Source of the DNA: Mobula hypostoma
Taxonomy: Eukaryota
Direction: 5' to 3'
Assembly: GCF_963921235.1 (NCBI RefSeq)
Contig: NC_086107.1
Location: 98,768,001 to 98,832,000, forward strand
DNA length: 64,000 nt
The position numbers and the translations under genes are program-made. Positions within the stretch are counted from its first letter, which is position 1, and every line of letters starts with the position of its first letter. Shown piece by piece: positions 12,992 to 26,579 of this stretch. The notes below the pieces were generated by a model. That model was not told the origin of the DNA and made no database searches. It saw only the letters and a program-made list of their open reading frames with translations.

Positions 12992-14899
12992 CTCTGGAGG
13001 ACAGATTGAAGCTCAGCACTCGTCATTTGCATTAACAGGATCAATGCACAGCTTGCTGCAGCCAACAGATTGAGAACCGTGTTTAATACATTTTCCCCCT
13101 TTTCTGTCAGATTATACATTGAAGTTTTGCAAACACTCTTCATTTTTGAGGTCTAGTTGAAGCTGGAAAGATCTCGGGTGATATCTGCAACACAAGCTGA
13201 TATCCACGTATTTCTCTGCCCCTTTGACGTACCTTCTGAGAATGTGGAGATATTGAGGACAGGCAGGTGGATCGAACAGGGCTCACTCTTTCTCTTGCAG
13301 GATGGGAAGGGAGCCTCCACACTCGGCCATTTCCTTGCCCCCTGACCCCCACCACCAAAGGATCACAGCATCCTTAAGACATCTACTTTCCCACAAGGTT
13401 ACGTTGCTGTCCGCACTGTGAAGGAAACCTGGAGTGTAAATATCTCCCGTTTGAAGCTGCACGCCCCGAGCAACATTATTTACTGAAGCTTCTTCGTTCT
13501 CACGGTACTGCAGCTCCAGCAGACTCCTCACCAACACCCAGGTGTTCTGCTCACATGTACTGACTTGTATTGCGATACTAACTGATAATAGAACCTTGCC
13601 CTGCCCCCAAAGAGCTATTGACAGAACTATCCACTTCTTGGCAAAACACACCTTCTTCCCTACCAAGTGAACTGGGGTCATGTCATTAACTTTCTCAAGT
13701 ACAAGTACACAATGACAACTAGATTAGCAAAACCACTGCAAACTTCAGCTAAGTTGTAAAATGCACCCTTACAACTTACATTGTAAGTGTCTGTCAATGT
13801 AGTCATACTGATCATGTCCAATCACCCCTTGCACCAACTTTCTGTTACCTGCTGTGTTAATGTTCCTGTCATTTCCTGGTTCTATTTAAATATTTCTTTA
13901 TTAGCTTCCCCACAGTTCCTGGGAATAATTCCTGTTTCTCAAAAAGGCTGTTAATGTCTCAATTTCTAAATTAGATTTTGAGATGAAAAGCAGTCTCTAA
14001 ATACGAGGCGACAAAGGTGGATCTGAAAGCTGAGTCTAGACTTGCCTTTCGGGTGTTAACTTTCTTTGTCACATTTGCATCGAAACGTATAATGGAGTGC
14101 ATTGTCTGCTTCACGTCAACAAGGATTGTGCTGGGGCAGCCTACAAGTGTTACCATACCTCTGGTGCCAACATAGCCGGTGTACAACTTACTGACCCTAA
14201 CTTGTATGTCCTTTGTAATGTGGGAGGAAACTGGAGCACTTGGAGGAAACCAACACAATCATGGGGAGAATGTACAAGCTCCTTACAGACAGCAGTGGGA
14301 ATTGAATCCCGCTCAGTGATCGCTAGTACTATAGTCGCGTTATCTTAGCCGTTACGCTAGCATGCTACCCCGTTTGACAATGCTTATTTTCTTTTCTCAT
14401 TTATCTAGTCATATTCATCCGAATTCACTGGTCCTTTCCAATAATCCTTTCAATAACATTTGCTTTATAAATATTCAGAGCCCAGGACTGTTGTGTTCAT
14501 CCTAACCATTATTTGAGGCACACACCAGAATGAGACTTGTGCCTGTAATGCCACCTTATGCTCATAAGTGCTTACTACAGCTGCTCTACATCTCTCAGAC
14601 TTTGGAGATATTGGTCTGGATTTTGCTGACATGGGTCCGTCACGTAGATTTGCTGCTGTTTTTCTCCATACCCCTGTGTTTCTTCTTCTGACCCATCCCA
14701 TTGTTACAAAAGCCTGAAAGTACATACAACAAACTCTATCCTGCTCATATTAGACTATTGAACTATCCTCTAATTAGATAAGATTGACTCTTAACCGTTC
14801 AGTCCTTCTTCATTATGACGTTACACCATTACGCCTGCATAAGTTAAACACAAATTTTACAACAGCACAATTAGAACTAAAAAACACAAGTCCATTTTA

Positions 14900-15756
14900 G
14901 TGGTCAAGTTTAGTGTCATTTAACTATATACACAAATACCGTTAAACAGGAGAATGTTTCTCCAAACCAGGGTGTAAAACACTGTAATACACATAACGCT
15001 CAATAACTTATGAAAGTAAGGATGAAATCTACGAATGGATTATACATAAATTAAGTTAAATATTGTAAGGTACAGAACAAATTAACCAGTGATACTTTGA
15101 ATGCAATGCAGCAAGGAACTTAGAAGCCTAATGTCCTGAGGGAAGAAACTGTTTCCCATCCTGACCGTTCTTGTTTTATGCATCAGAGTCTCCTGCCTGA
15201 TGGTAGAAAATCAGAGAATGCTGGATGGATGGATGGGATCCTTAATAATACGAAAGGCTCCTGATAAATGTCACTAGTGGATGGTAGGGAGACCACTATG
15301 ATCCTTTCAGCCATTCATATGGTCCTTTGTGGGGACTTCTGGTCTGATGCTTGGCTGCTCCCATACCAGATGAAGATGCAACTTGTCAGGATGCTCCTAT
15401 GAAACGCAAATAAGATGCGGGGGGAGCCTTGCTTGCCTCAATCTTCTTAGGAAGTGGAGACGCTGCTGTGTCGTCTTGTTCAGGGAGGTGATATTGAGGG
15501 ACCGGGTGAGGTCATCCGTGATGTGAACTCCCAGGAACTTGATGCATTTAACTCTCTCTATGGAGGAGCCATGTATTCGCAGAGAGGGATGGTTCGTCTG
15601 TTCCTTCCTGAAGTCCACAGAGATTTCTTTGGTCTTCTCCATGTTCAGACTTGGGTTGTTGTTCTCACTCCAGTCCGCCAGCTGCCCCACTTCCTCTCTG
15701 TACTCCGTCTCATCATCGTTGACGAGGCCAACCACTGTTGTGTCATCCGCAAATTT
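14900..15756 (-). mobile_element. Rex1-type LINE 3' fragment
   Basis: ORF 15397-15735: LNMEKTKEISVDFRK...KFLGVHITDDL...QQRLHFLRRL, an RT C-terminus. Confidence 0.85.
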
Positions 15757-16105
15757 TAGTTCAAAGTGGTCACAAGGTAGTGATTAAGATTTTGCCGGTT
15801 GGTTCAAGAACCAAATAGTTAAAGGGAAGTAGCCATTCTTGAACATACTACAGTAGTAGTTATAGACAAGGATTAGAACTATATGCAGTGGCCATTTTAG
15901 TTTTAAGATCTGTTTGGGTTTGTACTTCTGCCTTCTGCATTGTGTCACAAGACACATCCTGATCCTGTAGCTTCTCATACTTTGCACTTGTAATTATTAA
16001 AATTAAGTTCCATGAAAAAAATGTGCCTCCTGAAAGGAAGTGTGTTCAGTTTTAAAGGAGGTTCAGTTGCCTCCTGGTTCCTGATGCATTATTTGATTCA
16101 AACAG

Positions 16106-16422
16106 GAAAGGAGACACCAAGCCTAAAGACCCTCCTTGGCTCTCGTTGGTAAATTCTGAGCCAAAACGGAGGCCTGCCCCACCCCGGCCTGGAACGCGAC
16201 CCCAACCCAGTAACACCCAGCGGGAAGCAGTTGAGACTCGCTCCTTAAACCCATTCGAAGTGGACGATGAGGAGACAAACGACGCATCTGAGAAAGTGCC
16301 CAGTGTAGCGTCGGCTGAGACTGTCACCAAACCAAGCCACCCATGGTACGGTATTCAGCCAGCTAACAGTCCAAGGAGCAAGAAGCGTCCAGCTCCCCCA
16401 GCACCAAATGCATCGCCGTCAG
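16106..16422 (+). CDS. MICALL1: MICALL1 coding exon, proline-rich region with first NPF motif
   Basis: aacag|G...G|gtgagc. Reads KDPPWLSLVNSEPKRRPAP...LNPFEVDDEE...HPWYGIQPANSPRSKKRPAPPAP, matching the MICALL1 KDPPW, NPF-acidic and HPWYGI motifs. Confidence 0.93.
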
Positions 16423-16664
16423 GTGAGCCTACTCACTCTGTGTTGGCTGTTAAAAGTTAACTCATGGAATGCATTTGAGAAAGAATCTGTCCCTAGAAGA
16501 TAAGTATTATTTCCCTGATTGTTTGAGGTTGACTTGCAGAGATGTATAGACAGCAGTGGTCTTTACTGATTGAATAATTATTTATTAAGTTTGTGATATT
16601 TGAAAAGCATCTTAATAAGCCGTCATTATTCTGTTGATAAAATGACCATTCCTTTCCCCTAGAA

Positions 16665-16741
16665 CAGGAGTTCCCAACCTTTTTTATGCCATGGACTTTC
16701 CGTTAACCAAGGGGTCTGTACACCCCAGGTTGGAACCCCTG
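16665..16741. mobile_element. hAT/Charlie-type mini-MITE
   Basis: CAGGAGTTCCCAACC...GGTTGGAACCCCTG. TSD CCCTAGAA/CCCTGAAA. Confidence 0.75.
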
Positions 16742-17014
16742 CCCTGAAAGTGGTCAGCTCTGTATTTTTTTTTAATCACTGAATAGGGAATAGGAGATGT
16801 GTCACAATTCAGACACATCTATCCCCATGAGGCTGCAGCTGTTCCATAACTGAGCAAGACAGTATGAACAAACTGCTTCAAATGCTGGAATTCCAACATA
16901 AAAATAAAGTGTAGATGCTGTTAGATCTATTGGAAATGCTCAACAGGTCTGATCTACAAAGAGAAACAGAGTTACACTTCAGGTAGACAACTTTTCGCCA
17001 AACCCAGGAAAAGT

Positions 17015-17615
17015 TGCGGCAACACGCATCAAAGTTGCTGGTGAACGCAGCAGGCCAGGCAGCATCTCTAGGAAGAGGTACAGTTGACGTTTCGGGCCGA
17101 GACCCTTCGTCAGGGCTAACTGAAGGAAGAGCTAGTAAGAGATTTGAGAGGGGGAGGGGGAGATCCAAAATGATAGGAGAAGACAGGAGGGGGAGGGATG
17201 GAGCCAAGAGCTGGACAGGTGATTGGCAAAAGGGATATGAGAGGATCATGGGACAGGACGCCTAGGGAGAAAGAAAAGAGGGAGGGGGGAAGCCCAGAGG
17301 ATGGGCAAGGGGTACAGTGAAAGGGACAGAGGGAGACAAAGGAGAGAGAGAGAAAAAGAATGTGTGTATATAAATAAATAACAGATGGGGTATGAGGGGG
17401 AAGTGGGACATTAGCGGAAGTTAGAAAAGTCAATGTTCATGCCATCAGATTGGAGGCTACCCAGGCGGAATATAAGGTGTTGTTCCTCCAACCTGAGTGT
17501 GGCTTCATCTTTACAATAGAGGAGGCCGTGGATAGACATATCAGAATGGGAATGGGACGTGGAATTAAAATGTGTGGCCACTGGAAGATCCTGCTTTCTG
17601 TGGCGGACAGAGCGG
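17015..17615 (-). mobile_element. Penelope-like element 3' end (GIY-YIG C-terminus plus pLTR with hammerhead motif)
   Basis: ORF 17411-17659: LPVATHFNS...RLEEQHLIFRLGSLQSDGMN. Minus-strand CTGACGA-AGGGTCTCGGCCC-GAAACGTC at about 17081-17120. Confidence 0.85.
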
Positions 17616-18439
17616 TAAAACAGGTTTAAAGTGACTACAGAGTTGGGGAGGGAGAACACACAAAGAAAAAGAGTTGTGCGGTGTAAGATGAGGTGCTTCA
17701 GATTGTGGGGCTTTGGAACGGATTCAAGGGGAGGTGGGACCGATTGTATTCCAGCGCGTCTTGGGAAGCTTCACCAGTGCCTTTAAGTGAGGTTTAAAAT
17801 AATCTGGCTGAGATTTGGGCACTGTAAGTTGCCATTGAAAAGAAGAAAAAAGTGCAGAAAGGATTGGAAGAGATAAGTAACATTGGAACAAGAAATAAAA
17901 AGCTTTTTTTAGAAAGGACTGAGTTAGGAGTATAAGCTAGCCTACAGTTTACAGTTCATGTAAGTACTGCAGGCTTATTAACCATGTAGGGTTAGACTAC
18001 AGGCTTCCAACTGGTGGGGAGAAAATTGGAGCAAATTTCAGAGAATACAAAAGCTGCAGTGGTGATAATAGGGGAATACCATTATCTAATTGGATATGGA
18101 TAACAAAGAGGAGTTTTTGATGGCTGTTCAGAAAAACTTGATCAGTGCATCTATGGCTCAACAGGAAAGAATTGCTGGACTTGACTTCAGGAAATGAGCC
18201 CAGCCAACTGGAGCAGTTATCAGGGGAACATCTAGGAAATAGCGGTTATAAATTTGGAATGGCTATGGGAAAGGAAACCTGCCATTCCAAGGTAAAAACT
18301 TGGTCAATTAGAAAAGGGCCAGGTTCAGTGGGTTGAAAGTGTAGTCTAAATTAGAACCAAAGTTTGACAGGCAAAATTCTAATTGAATCTCTTATGGTAT
18401 AATGCTTTGACTGCAAAAAAAGACATTCCCTTTATCAAT

Positions 18440-19250
18440 GTTCAAAGTCAATTTATTATCAAAGTACATAACTGTCACCATATAGAACCCTGAGATTAAT
18501 TTTCTTGTAGATACACTCAATAAATCCATAATAGAATAAGTATAATGGAATCAATGAAAGACCGTCCCAATTTGGATGTTTAACCAGTGAGCAAAACCAA
18601 TTGTGCAAGTACAAAATTAAATAATTAATAATAATAAATAAATGAGTAATAAATATCGAGAACATGAGATGAAGAGTCCACAGACTGTAGGAACATTTCA
18701 GCAATGGGGCAAGTGAAGCTGAGTGCTGTTATCCCCTTTGGTTCAAGAGCCTAATGGCTGAGGGGTAATGGCTGTTCCTGAACCTGACGGTGTGAGTCCT
18801 AAGGCTCCTGTACCTTCCTCCTGATGGCACCTGTGAGAAGAGAGCATGACCTGGGTGGTGGGTGGGTCCTTGATGATGGATGCTGCTTTCTTGCGACAAC
18901 ACTTCCTGTAGATGTGCCCAATGGTGCGGAGGACTTTACCCGAGATGGACTAGGACATATCCACTATATTCTGTCGGATTTTCCGTTCAAGGGCATTGGT
19001 ATTTCCATACCAGGCTGTGATGCAGCCAGTCAACGTACTCTCCATCACACATCTATAGAAGTTTATCAAAGTTTTATATGTCACGCCGAATCTTCGCAAA
19101 CTCCTAAGGAAGTAGAGGGGCTGCTGTGTCTTCTTAATAATTGTACTTGTGTGGTGGTCCCAGGACAGGTCCTCCGAAATTATAACACCAAGAAATTTAA
19201 AGTTGATGACCCTCCCCATCTCTAATCCTCTGAAGAGGACTGGCTCATGG
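18440..19250 (-). mobile_element. Rex1-type LINE 3' fragment
   Basis: ORF 18950-19219: FKFLGVIISEDLSW...LYFLRSLRRFG...GCITAWYG. Tail ending tttgaac on the minus strand. Confidence 0.85.
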
Positions 19251-19813
19251 ACATCATGGAGAGAGTTTGGGATCTTACAGCCAGAGTTCCCTTGATGACC
19301 AGTCCAGATGTTGCCTGTCTAACTCCTTCCATCAATGATCCCATCTGGAATACAGAAAAGATAAATGGTACTGCAGCACGAGCATATACGAATATGTTCA
19401 GGGCTCACAATACCCTGCACCATTATTTATACCATTAAGACAATGTGCTGGCTAAACTTTTGTAACTTAGGGTTTATTCAGGTAGACCCTGCAGATTGCA
19501 TTTGGTGTTTATTTAGTCCTTTGGTGTCATGCACACATAGTGTCTTAACAGAAAAACCCTGTTAATTATTTTGAAGGTTTTTGCAGACTTCCCGCAGACT
19601 CTTCATAACTTATTGCATGGTACCACATTGTGCATCTGGGACTACGTACAGTGGGAATGCTAATTATCATTTCTAACTGAATTGCATTTGAAATTTAACA
19701 GCACATTGTGTTTATTATTTGGATAAATGGAAGTAAGTGTTTATCTCCTTTTGGTATTTTTTAATTTCATTCCTGAACATCAAAGACAAATTAAGTTTCT
19801 CAATTTCTTTCAG

Positions 19814-20319
19814 CCCTTCGCTCAGCCCAGTCTCCAGCCCCCAAAACAAGCCCTTCCCCATCCCTTAGCATGGAGAGTATTACAGGGGACTCTGCAAAGT
19901 CTACTCCAGAATTACACAGAAGATTTGAAGATGGTCCTGCTCTGGCTGCCAAGAGCCCAGAGGCGGCCTGCAAGACTCCGATAGGAGTTAGTGGGGCTCC
20001 AGAGGTGGTCAGTGAGACTGGTGGGAGCCCAGAATTGGCTAGCAGAAGCCCATCTGATACCAGCACGATTCCAGAGACAGCCAGTGAGAACCCAGAGATG
20101 GCCACTGAGAGTCCAGCGTCAACTGGTGGGAGTGCGGAGGTGGCCGGCGGGAGCCCAGCGACCAAGGAGACTACCACAGCATCCAATGAAAGTCCAGCAC
20201 CACTCAGCTATCACCGACCTCCACCTAAACCACCGTCAGCCCCTAGTCCTGTGCCGTCACTTTATCCATCCCCTGAATCCAACAGAGTAAATGCTGCCAG
20301 CACAGATCCTCAGTCAAAG
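19814..20319 (+). CDS. MICALL1: MICALL1 coding exon, S/T/P-rich low-complexity region
   Basis: ttcag|CC...AAG|gtaggt. 506 bp, open, phase 1 to phase 0, consistent with both neighbours. Includes SPSLSMES. Confidence 0.88.
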
Positions 20320-21596
20320 GTAGGTGTGGAGCTGTTGCACAACTCTGTGTACATTAAGTGAAAATATTCAGCTCATCTGAGAGAGCCAGAGAGAGTTTGT
20401 GAAGGAGGCATCATGCCTGATGAAGCTGATTTCATTATTTACTTTGGGTGGAGAGATGACCAGAGGAATGTCAGTGAATGCAGAAAGTGTTCTGCTTAGT
20501 AAAATACTTGGCTACGGTGGACAGTAGTGGTATGGTAAGCAAAATTATTGAACTGTCAGGAAGATGCTATGTGCCAGAAGGCAGCTGGGGTAGTGAGCAG
20601 GATGTGACTCATAGTCTGCTGGAAGAATTTGTGTTGTACCTATGTACTAACGCTCCAGTGGATGTAATTTAAATTGTATCTAGGTTTTTTAATGATACAA
20701 AATCAATGGCATCATAAAGGTGAACAGTTCTAAATTACAGAGGTACTGCTAGGTGAAGCAAATAGGGAAACTGTAGGATTGGATCTTGCTAGCCGTGAGC
20801 TCAGGTTCCAACTACATTCCCATCACCGAGTCCTCTTATTCCACTTCCATCTCTTACTGAGTGTTGAGCTGTCTCAGCACTGATTCTGCAAAGTGAGATT
20901 AACCTAAAAATTTGTTTTTAGCCAGTATGGACACAACAGTCTTTGTTTAAAAAAAATAATTCTATGATTCATCGGTTGCTGCTAATCCATTCAAGATCTT
21001 GCTTTCATTCTATGCCTGTCTCCAAACTCAGCTGCTTCAGATCTGATGAGCAACAATTTGGAAATTGTTCATTTGTTGAATGACTCAGGAAGTCAGATAG
21101 CTGAATGTCAGCACAATCGAGCACATTGCATTTGGACTTGTTCTTACTATCCAGGTGCCACTCCCTGCCCTACCTTTGCATGCAGCTTCTATACGTATGA
21201 AGGTAATGCTTAGAACTCTTGTGATAGACACGTACCTCTAGTCGTTGAGAAGAAAGTGGATTGCTCTAGACAAGGGATTCCCATGCACTGGACTCATATC
21301 ATTAACCAAGAGGTCTGTGGACCTCAGGTTGGGAACCCCAGCTCTATATTGAGTTCAGTTCCAACCATTCATTGAACCTTATTGTGGTTTTTCTGTTGCT
21401 TTCTGGAAGTAACCAGTTTACTTGATGTGGTTCACTGTCAAATGTGTCAGAACATTGGAATGCCATGGTGAGTGGTCTTAGCAAGTTTATGAGGCAAAAC
21501 TGTTGAAGCACTAATGGTAAACATCCAACACGCAGCTGCAACTCTCCCTTACATTATTCCAACTAACTTTGATCAGGAATTTTTTTTTTTTTGCAG

Positions 21597-21731
21597 TCAT
21601 CTTGCAAAGAAAATCCATTCGATAGAAAATCATCCCCCGCCGGAGGAGCTGCCCCTCTCAGGCCACGGAAAGGGCCAAAGCCAGCTCGTCCACCAGCACC
21701 CGGCCATGGATTCCCACTGATTAAACGCAAG
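21597..21731 (+). CDS. MICALL1: MICALL1 coding exon with second NPF motif
   Basis: ttgcag|TCA...AAG|gtaggt. Reads [11 protein letters not shown]...[15 protein letters not shown]. Confidence 0.95.
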
Positions 21732-22125
21732 GTAGGTAACAGATCAGGAGTTTTCAGCCTGTGCCAATAAACCTTTCCCTTTATCTTTTTGTAATGAAGC
21801 CTGAGCAGATATTTCTTTGTGCTTGTCAAGTTTTATCAGTGTCATATTCCTGGCAGTGGTTTGTGGAAGGTGTATAACACTGACAAATGTTCTGTAATGT
21901 CAGCATATTAAAGCTGTATCTGTTTTTGTTTCATTATTCTTCACTGAATACTCACTGCTAGTCATCCAGACTACAGCAAGCCAAACTGAGCACAGGGTAG
22001 TCACCATTGCCTAAATAAATGCTATCTGAGGCTTTGTGGTCATTCACTTAGAAAGGTTCAAGTCACAGTGTGATAACAGTCGGGAAATAATCTCAATATA
22101 CTTAGCCACGTTATCAGTTCGTGTA

Positions 22126-22654
22126 CAGTACTGTGCAAAAATCTTAGGCACACATATGCAGCCCGGGTGTCTTAAGAATTTTGCACAGTACTGCATTAAT
22201 TTTATGTATTGCACTGTACTGCTGTTGCAGAAAAAACAAAATTTCATGATATATGTGAGTGATGATAAACCTGATTCTGATATGGGTCACTATTGTGGAC
22301 TGAGAGTGGGGGGTGGGGGGCAGGGAGAGGGGAACCATGCTTGGAAGAAGGGGAGGGTGCAGGAAGCACCAGAGAGACATTCTGTAATGACCAATAAACC
22401 AATTGTTTGGAATCAAATGACCTTGCCTGGTGTCTCAGGCTGGGCGTACCTGCACCTGTGCCACACCCCACCTCTACCACCTGTCCCACACCCTTCCAAC
22501 GCCACTCCACCCTCACCAGTCCCAACATCCTTTGCTCCCGCCAGATTTACAAACTCGCTCTCCACTCCACGTTGACAAGTACAGCACTGTGCAAGAAGTC
22601 TTAGGCACCTAAGCTATATACTGTATATGTGCCTAAAACTTTTGCACAGTACTG
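22126..22654. mobile_element. Pair of Tc1-like hairpin mini-MITEs bracketing a LINE-tail-containing segment
   Basis: CAGTACTGTGCAAAA...TTTTGCACAGTACTG palindromes at 22126-22193 and 22582-22654. TA dinucleotides at the outer ends. Confidence 0.7.
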
Positions 22655-22738
22655 TACCAACCTGATCCCTGACCCGAGAAGGCAGCACAGTTATTAAAGC
22701 CACTGCCTCAGTAGCACTGACCAGGGTTCAGTTCTGAC

Positions 22739-23631
22739 GATACAACCATTGTTGGTAGAATCTCAGGTGGTGACAAGAGGGCATACAGGAGTGAGATATG
22801 CCAACTAGTGGAATGGTGCCGCAGCAACAACCTGGCACTCAACGTAAGTAAGATAAAAGAGCTGATTGTGGACTTCAGGAAGGGTAAGATGAAGGAACAC
22901 ATACCAATCCTCATAGAGGGATCAGAAGTGGAGAGAGTGAGCAGCTTCAAGTTCCTCGGTGTCAAGATCTCTGAGGATCTAACCTGGTCCCAACATATTG
23001 ATGTAGTCATAAAGAAGGCAAGACAGCGGCTATACTTTAATAGGAGTTTGAAGAGATTTGGCATGTCAACAAATACACTTAAAATCTTCTATAGTTGTAC
23101 CATGGAGAGCATTCTAGCAGGCTGCATCACTGTCTGGTATGGAGGGGCTACTGCACAGGACCGAAAGAAGCTGCAGAGGGTTGTAAATCTAGTCAGCTCC
23201 ATCTTGGGCACTAGCCTACAAAGTACCCAGGGCATCTTTAGGGAGCAATGTCTCAGAAAGGCAGTGTCCATTATTAAGGATCTCCAGCACCCAGGGCATG
23301 CCCTTTTCTCACTGTTACCATCAGGTAGCCTGAAGGCACACACTCAGTGATTCAGGAACAGCTTCTTCCCCTCCGCCAACCGATTCCTAAATGGACTTTG
23401 AAGCTTTGGACACTACCTCACTTTTTTAAATATACAGTATTTCTGTTTTTGCACATTTTTTAATAATCTATTCAAAATATGTAATTGATTTACTTGTTTA
23501 TTTATTATTATGTTTATTTTTTTTTCCTCTCTCTGCTAGATTATGTATTGCATTGAACTGCTGCTGCTAAGTTAACTAATTTCATGTCACAATGCCGGTG
23601 ATAACAAACCTGATTCTGATTCTGACTCTGA
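22739..23631 (+). mobile_element. 5'-truncated Rex1-type LINE inserted into a tRNA-derived SINE
   Basis: ORF 22808-23350 (180 aa, RT C-terminus), (ATTCTG)n tail, TCTGAC on both sides. SINE sequence continues across the insertion (22681-22738 and 23632-23810). Confidence 0.88.
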
Positions 23632-24779
23632 CCTCAGGTGCTGTCTGCATAGAGCTTACACGTTGTCCTTGTGTTCCAGATTCCGTATCATCCACTGTAG
23701 ATTACCTCGTGGGTAGAATGTGGGAAGAACGGACTGGGGTTAGTCTAGATGGGTACCTGATAACGTAGATTCTCTGAGCTGAGGAGCTTGTTCTTGCGCT
23801 GGATAACTCTGCATTTCTTCTTCATCGCTGTCTTAAATGGCAGCCTGCTTATCCCAAAATCCATCCCCATATCACTGCTCTATCCAGGCACACAAAATAA
23901 TCTCTCAACATCTTCACCCCCAGAATGTTGTATATTTCAGCAAGTCTTCCTTTTTATTGTAAACTCTCAAAAATCAGCTTAAATCTACATGAAATAACCT
24001 CCAGGTTAGGAAAGAAGACCACATTGCACATGCTACTCACAAAAAAGAGTAGTCTGTACAAATACAAGAATAAGGAAGATACCTTTATCAAATTGTAACG
24101 GAAAACAATGTACTCTTAGCTTTCCTCATTGCTCCGCAGCTATGACGAAGTGTCTTTTAACATTGACATGGGGGGAGGTGTTGGTGCAGCCTTCTGAACT
24201 TTTCTTAGCATTGCGGCAGAAATCACCTTTTGGTTCTGCAACCTAACCCTTACAACAGCCACAGTGTGTTTCATTTCTCTGCTTGAATTTCTTTGCGGGC
24301 CATGACATAATGATCAAATTCCCATCACCTGTTTTCATTTGTACAGGTATCCTAGCTTGGACAAGGCTGAGGTTCCTGTATTTGAGGTCTCTATGTCTTC
24401 CTGAGTCAAAGTGACACTCTCCTGCTCCTGATTATTGACTAAATGTAAACCACTGCCTACTTCACTGGCTATGACATCCCCTGATGCAAAGTGTGCAGCC
24501 TACACTTGCTGTTACCACTTCGTAATGTCTCCAGATCAGCTACTGGAAGCTAGATTTAAGCTGTAGACAATTACTGGAGAAAGACCTAATGGATTGTCTT
24601 CCACTTCCTTGTGAATGCCCAAGTTAGTGGGGTCTTTCATTCATTTTGTTATTATTATTATTCTATGCATTTATTGAGTATGTCCACAAGAAAATTAATC
24701 TCAGGATGTATATAGTGACATATATGTACTTTGATAATAAATTTACATTGAACTTTGAGTGACATATGCAATCTTCTAT

Positions 24780-26262
24780 TCCTCTGGAACTATTCCAGAA
24801 CCAGTGATTCTTGGTTGATCCCCTCTTTTAGAACCATGGGGTGTAGTCCATCTGATGCAGATCTACCTTCAGACCTTTCTGCTTCCCGAGCACCTTCTCC
24901 TTAGTAATAGAAACAACACTCACTTCTGCCCCTTGACATATTGCTGGTATCTTCCACGGTGAAGACTGATGCAAAATACTTAACTTCCTCCCTCTGCCAT
25001 TTCTTTGTCTCCACCCCCCCCCCCCCCGCATTGCTACCTCTCCAGTGTCATTTTTCACTGGTCTGATAGTCACTCTTGCCTGTCTTCATCTTTGAGGCAT
25101 ATCTATCCTCCGCCTTTTGAATTGTCTCCACAAACTTCAGCTGTTATTTTTCTGCTGTCATCCCTGCTGGTGTCTCCTTTCAATCAACTTCTACCAGCTC
25201 CTGTCTTATGCCTCTGTAATTCCTTTTACTCCACTCTAATCCTGATACATCTGACTTTACCTTCTTCTCAAAGTGCAGGGTGAATTCTATCATGTTATGA
25301 TCACTGCTTACCTTAAGCTTCGTAATCAAATTTGGTTCATTGCACAACACCCAATTCAGAATTGCCTTTTCCCTAGTGGGCTCATTCACAAACTACTCTA
25401 AAAAGCCATATAGTAGGCATTCTACAAATTGTCTCTTAGAATCCAGCACCAAACTAATTTTCTCGATCTTTTTGCAAATCGAAATCCCTCCGTGACTATC
25501 ATAACATTGCCCTTTTTACATGCCTTTTCTATCTCCTGGTGTAATTTGTATCCCACATCCTGGCTACTATTTGGAGGCCTGTATTTAACCCCCATCAGGG
25601 TCTTTTTACGCTTTCAGTTTCTTAACTCTACCCACAAGGATTCGACATCTTTCAATCCTATATCAAATCTTTGAGGATTTGATTTCATTTTTCACAGAGC
25701 CACCCCAACCATTCTGCCTACCTGCTTGTCCTTTTGATATAATGTGTATCTAAGATGTTTTGCTCCCAACTGGTGATCTTCTTCCAGCCACGACAGTGAT
25801 GCCCACAACGTCATACCTGCTAATTTCTAATTGCACTACAACATCGTCTACCTTATTCCATATATTGTGTACATTCAAACACAATACCTTTAGTCCTGTA
25901 TTCATCACACTTCTTGATTTCGCTCCATGTTGCACTTCAGCTTATCCCACTGACTGCAATTTTGCCCTATTATCTGCCTGTCCTTCCTCACAGTCTCACT
26001 ACACACTGCATCTACTGGTGTACCAGCTGCCCCATCCTCAGCCCTGCCACCCCAGTTACCATCCTCCTGCCCCCACCCACCCCCTCTACCAACAGCTCTA
26101 GCAAACCTGCCCGCAAGGATATAGGTACCCCTCCCATCCACCCCCAGTTCAAGTGTAACCTGTCCTTTTTGTACAGATCATACCTTCCTCACAAGAGATC
26201 TCAATGATACAGAAATCTGAACCTGGCCCTGATTCCTCAGCTAGACATTCATCTGCCAAATC
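24780..26262 (-). mobile_element. Degraded CR1 LINE (ORF1 end and endonuclease-region remnants)
   Basis: Fragments TYILAGRFARAV (ORF1-like), LCLNVHNIWNKVDD..LEISRYDVVGIT and EPTREKAILNWVLCNE..SDHNMIEF (APE domain). Confidence 0.8.
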
Positions 26263-26579
26263 ATTTTAAGATGTAAGAAACATCCTCTCCATGTCCATTC
26301 TAAATTCTATTGTATTTCTTTAATTTTCCTGTAAATGCCTGCAAGAAAATTAATCTCAAGGTGTATATGGTGACATGTATGTACATCGATAATAAATTTA
26401 CTTTGACTTTGAGATGGAGCCTCTTTGAAACTAATTTGAGAATGAATAAACTTTTCAGCTGATCCAACACAAATGAGATTGAGTAGTGTTAACCTGTACT
26501 TCAGGGTAGGGATTCACCCTCCTTGAGATCTAATTCGTTAATTTTCCTGATCTATGGTCGTCATCGTGTGATTTTTCAG

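Noticed and set aside
22036..22575. 179-aa plus-strand ORF
   Set aside because: It runs through a MITE and LINE-tail composite and is most likely a chance open frame.
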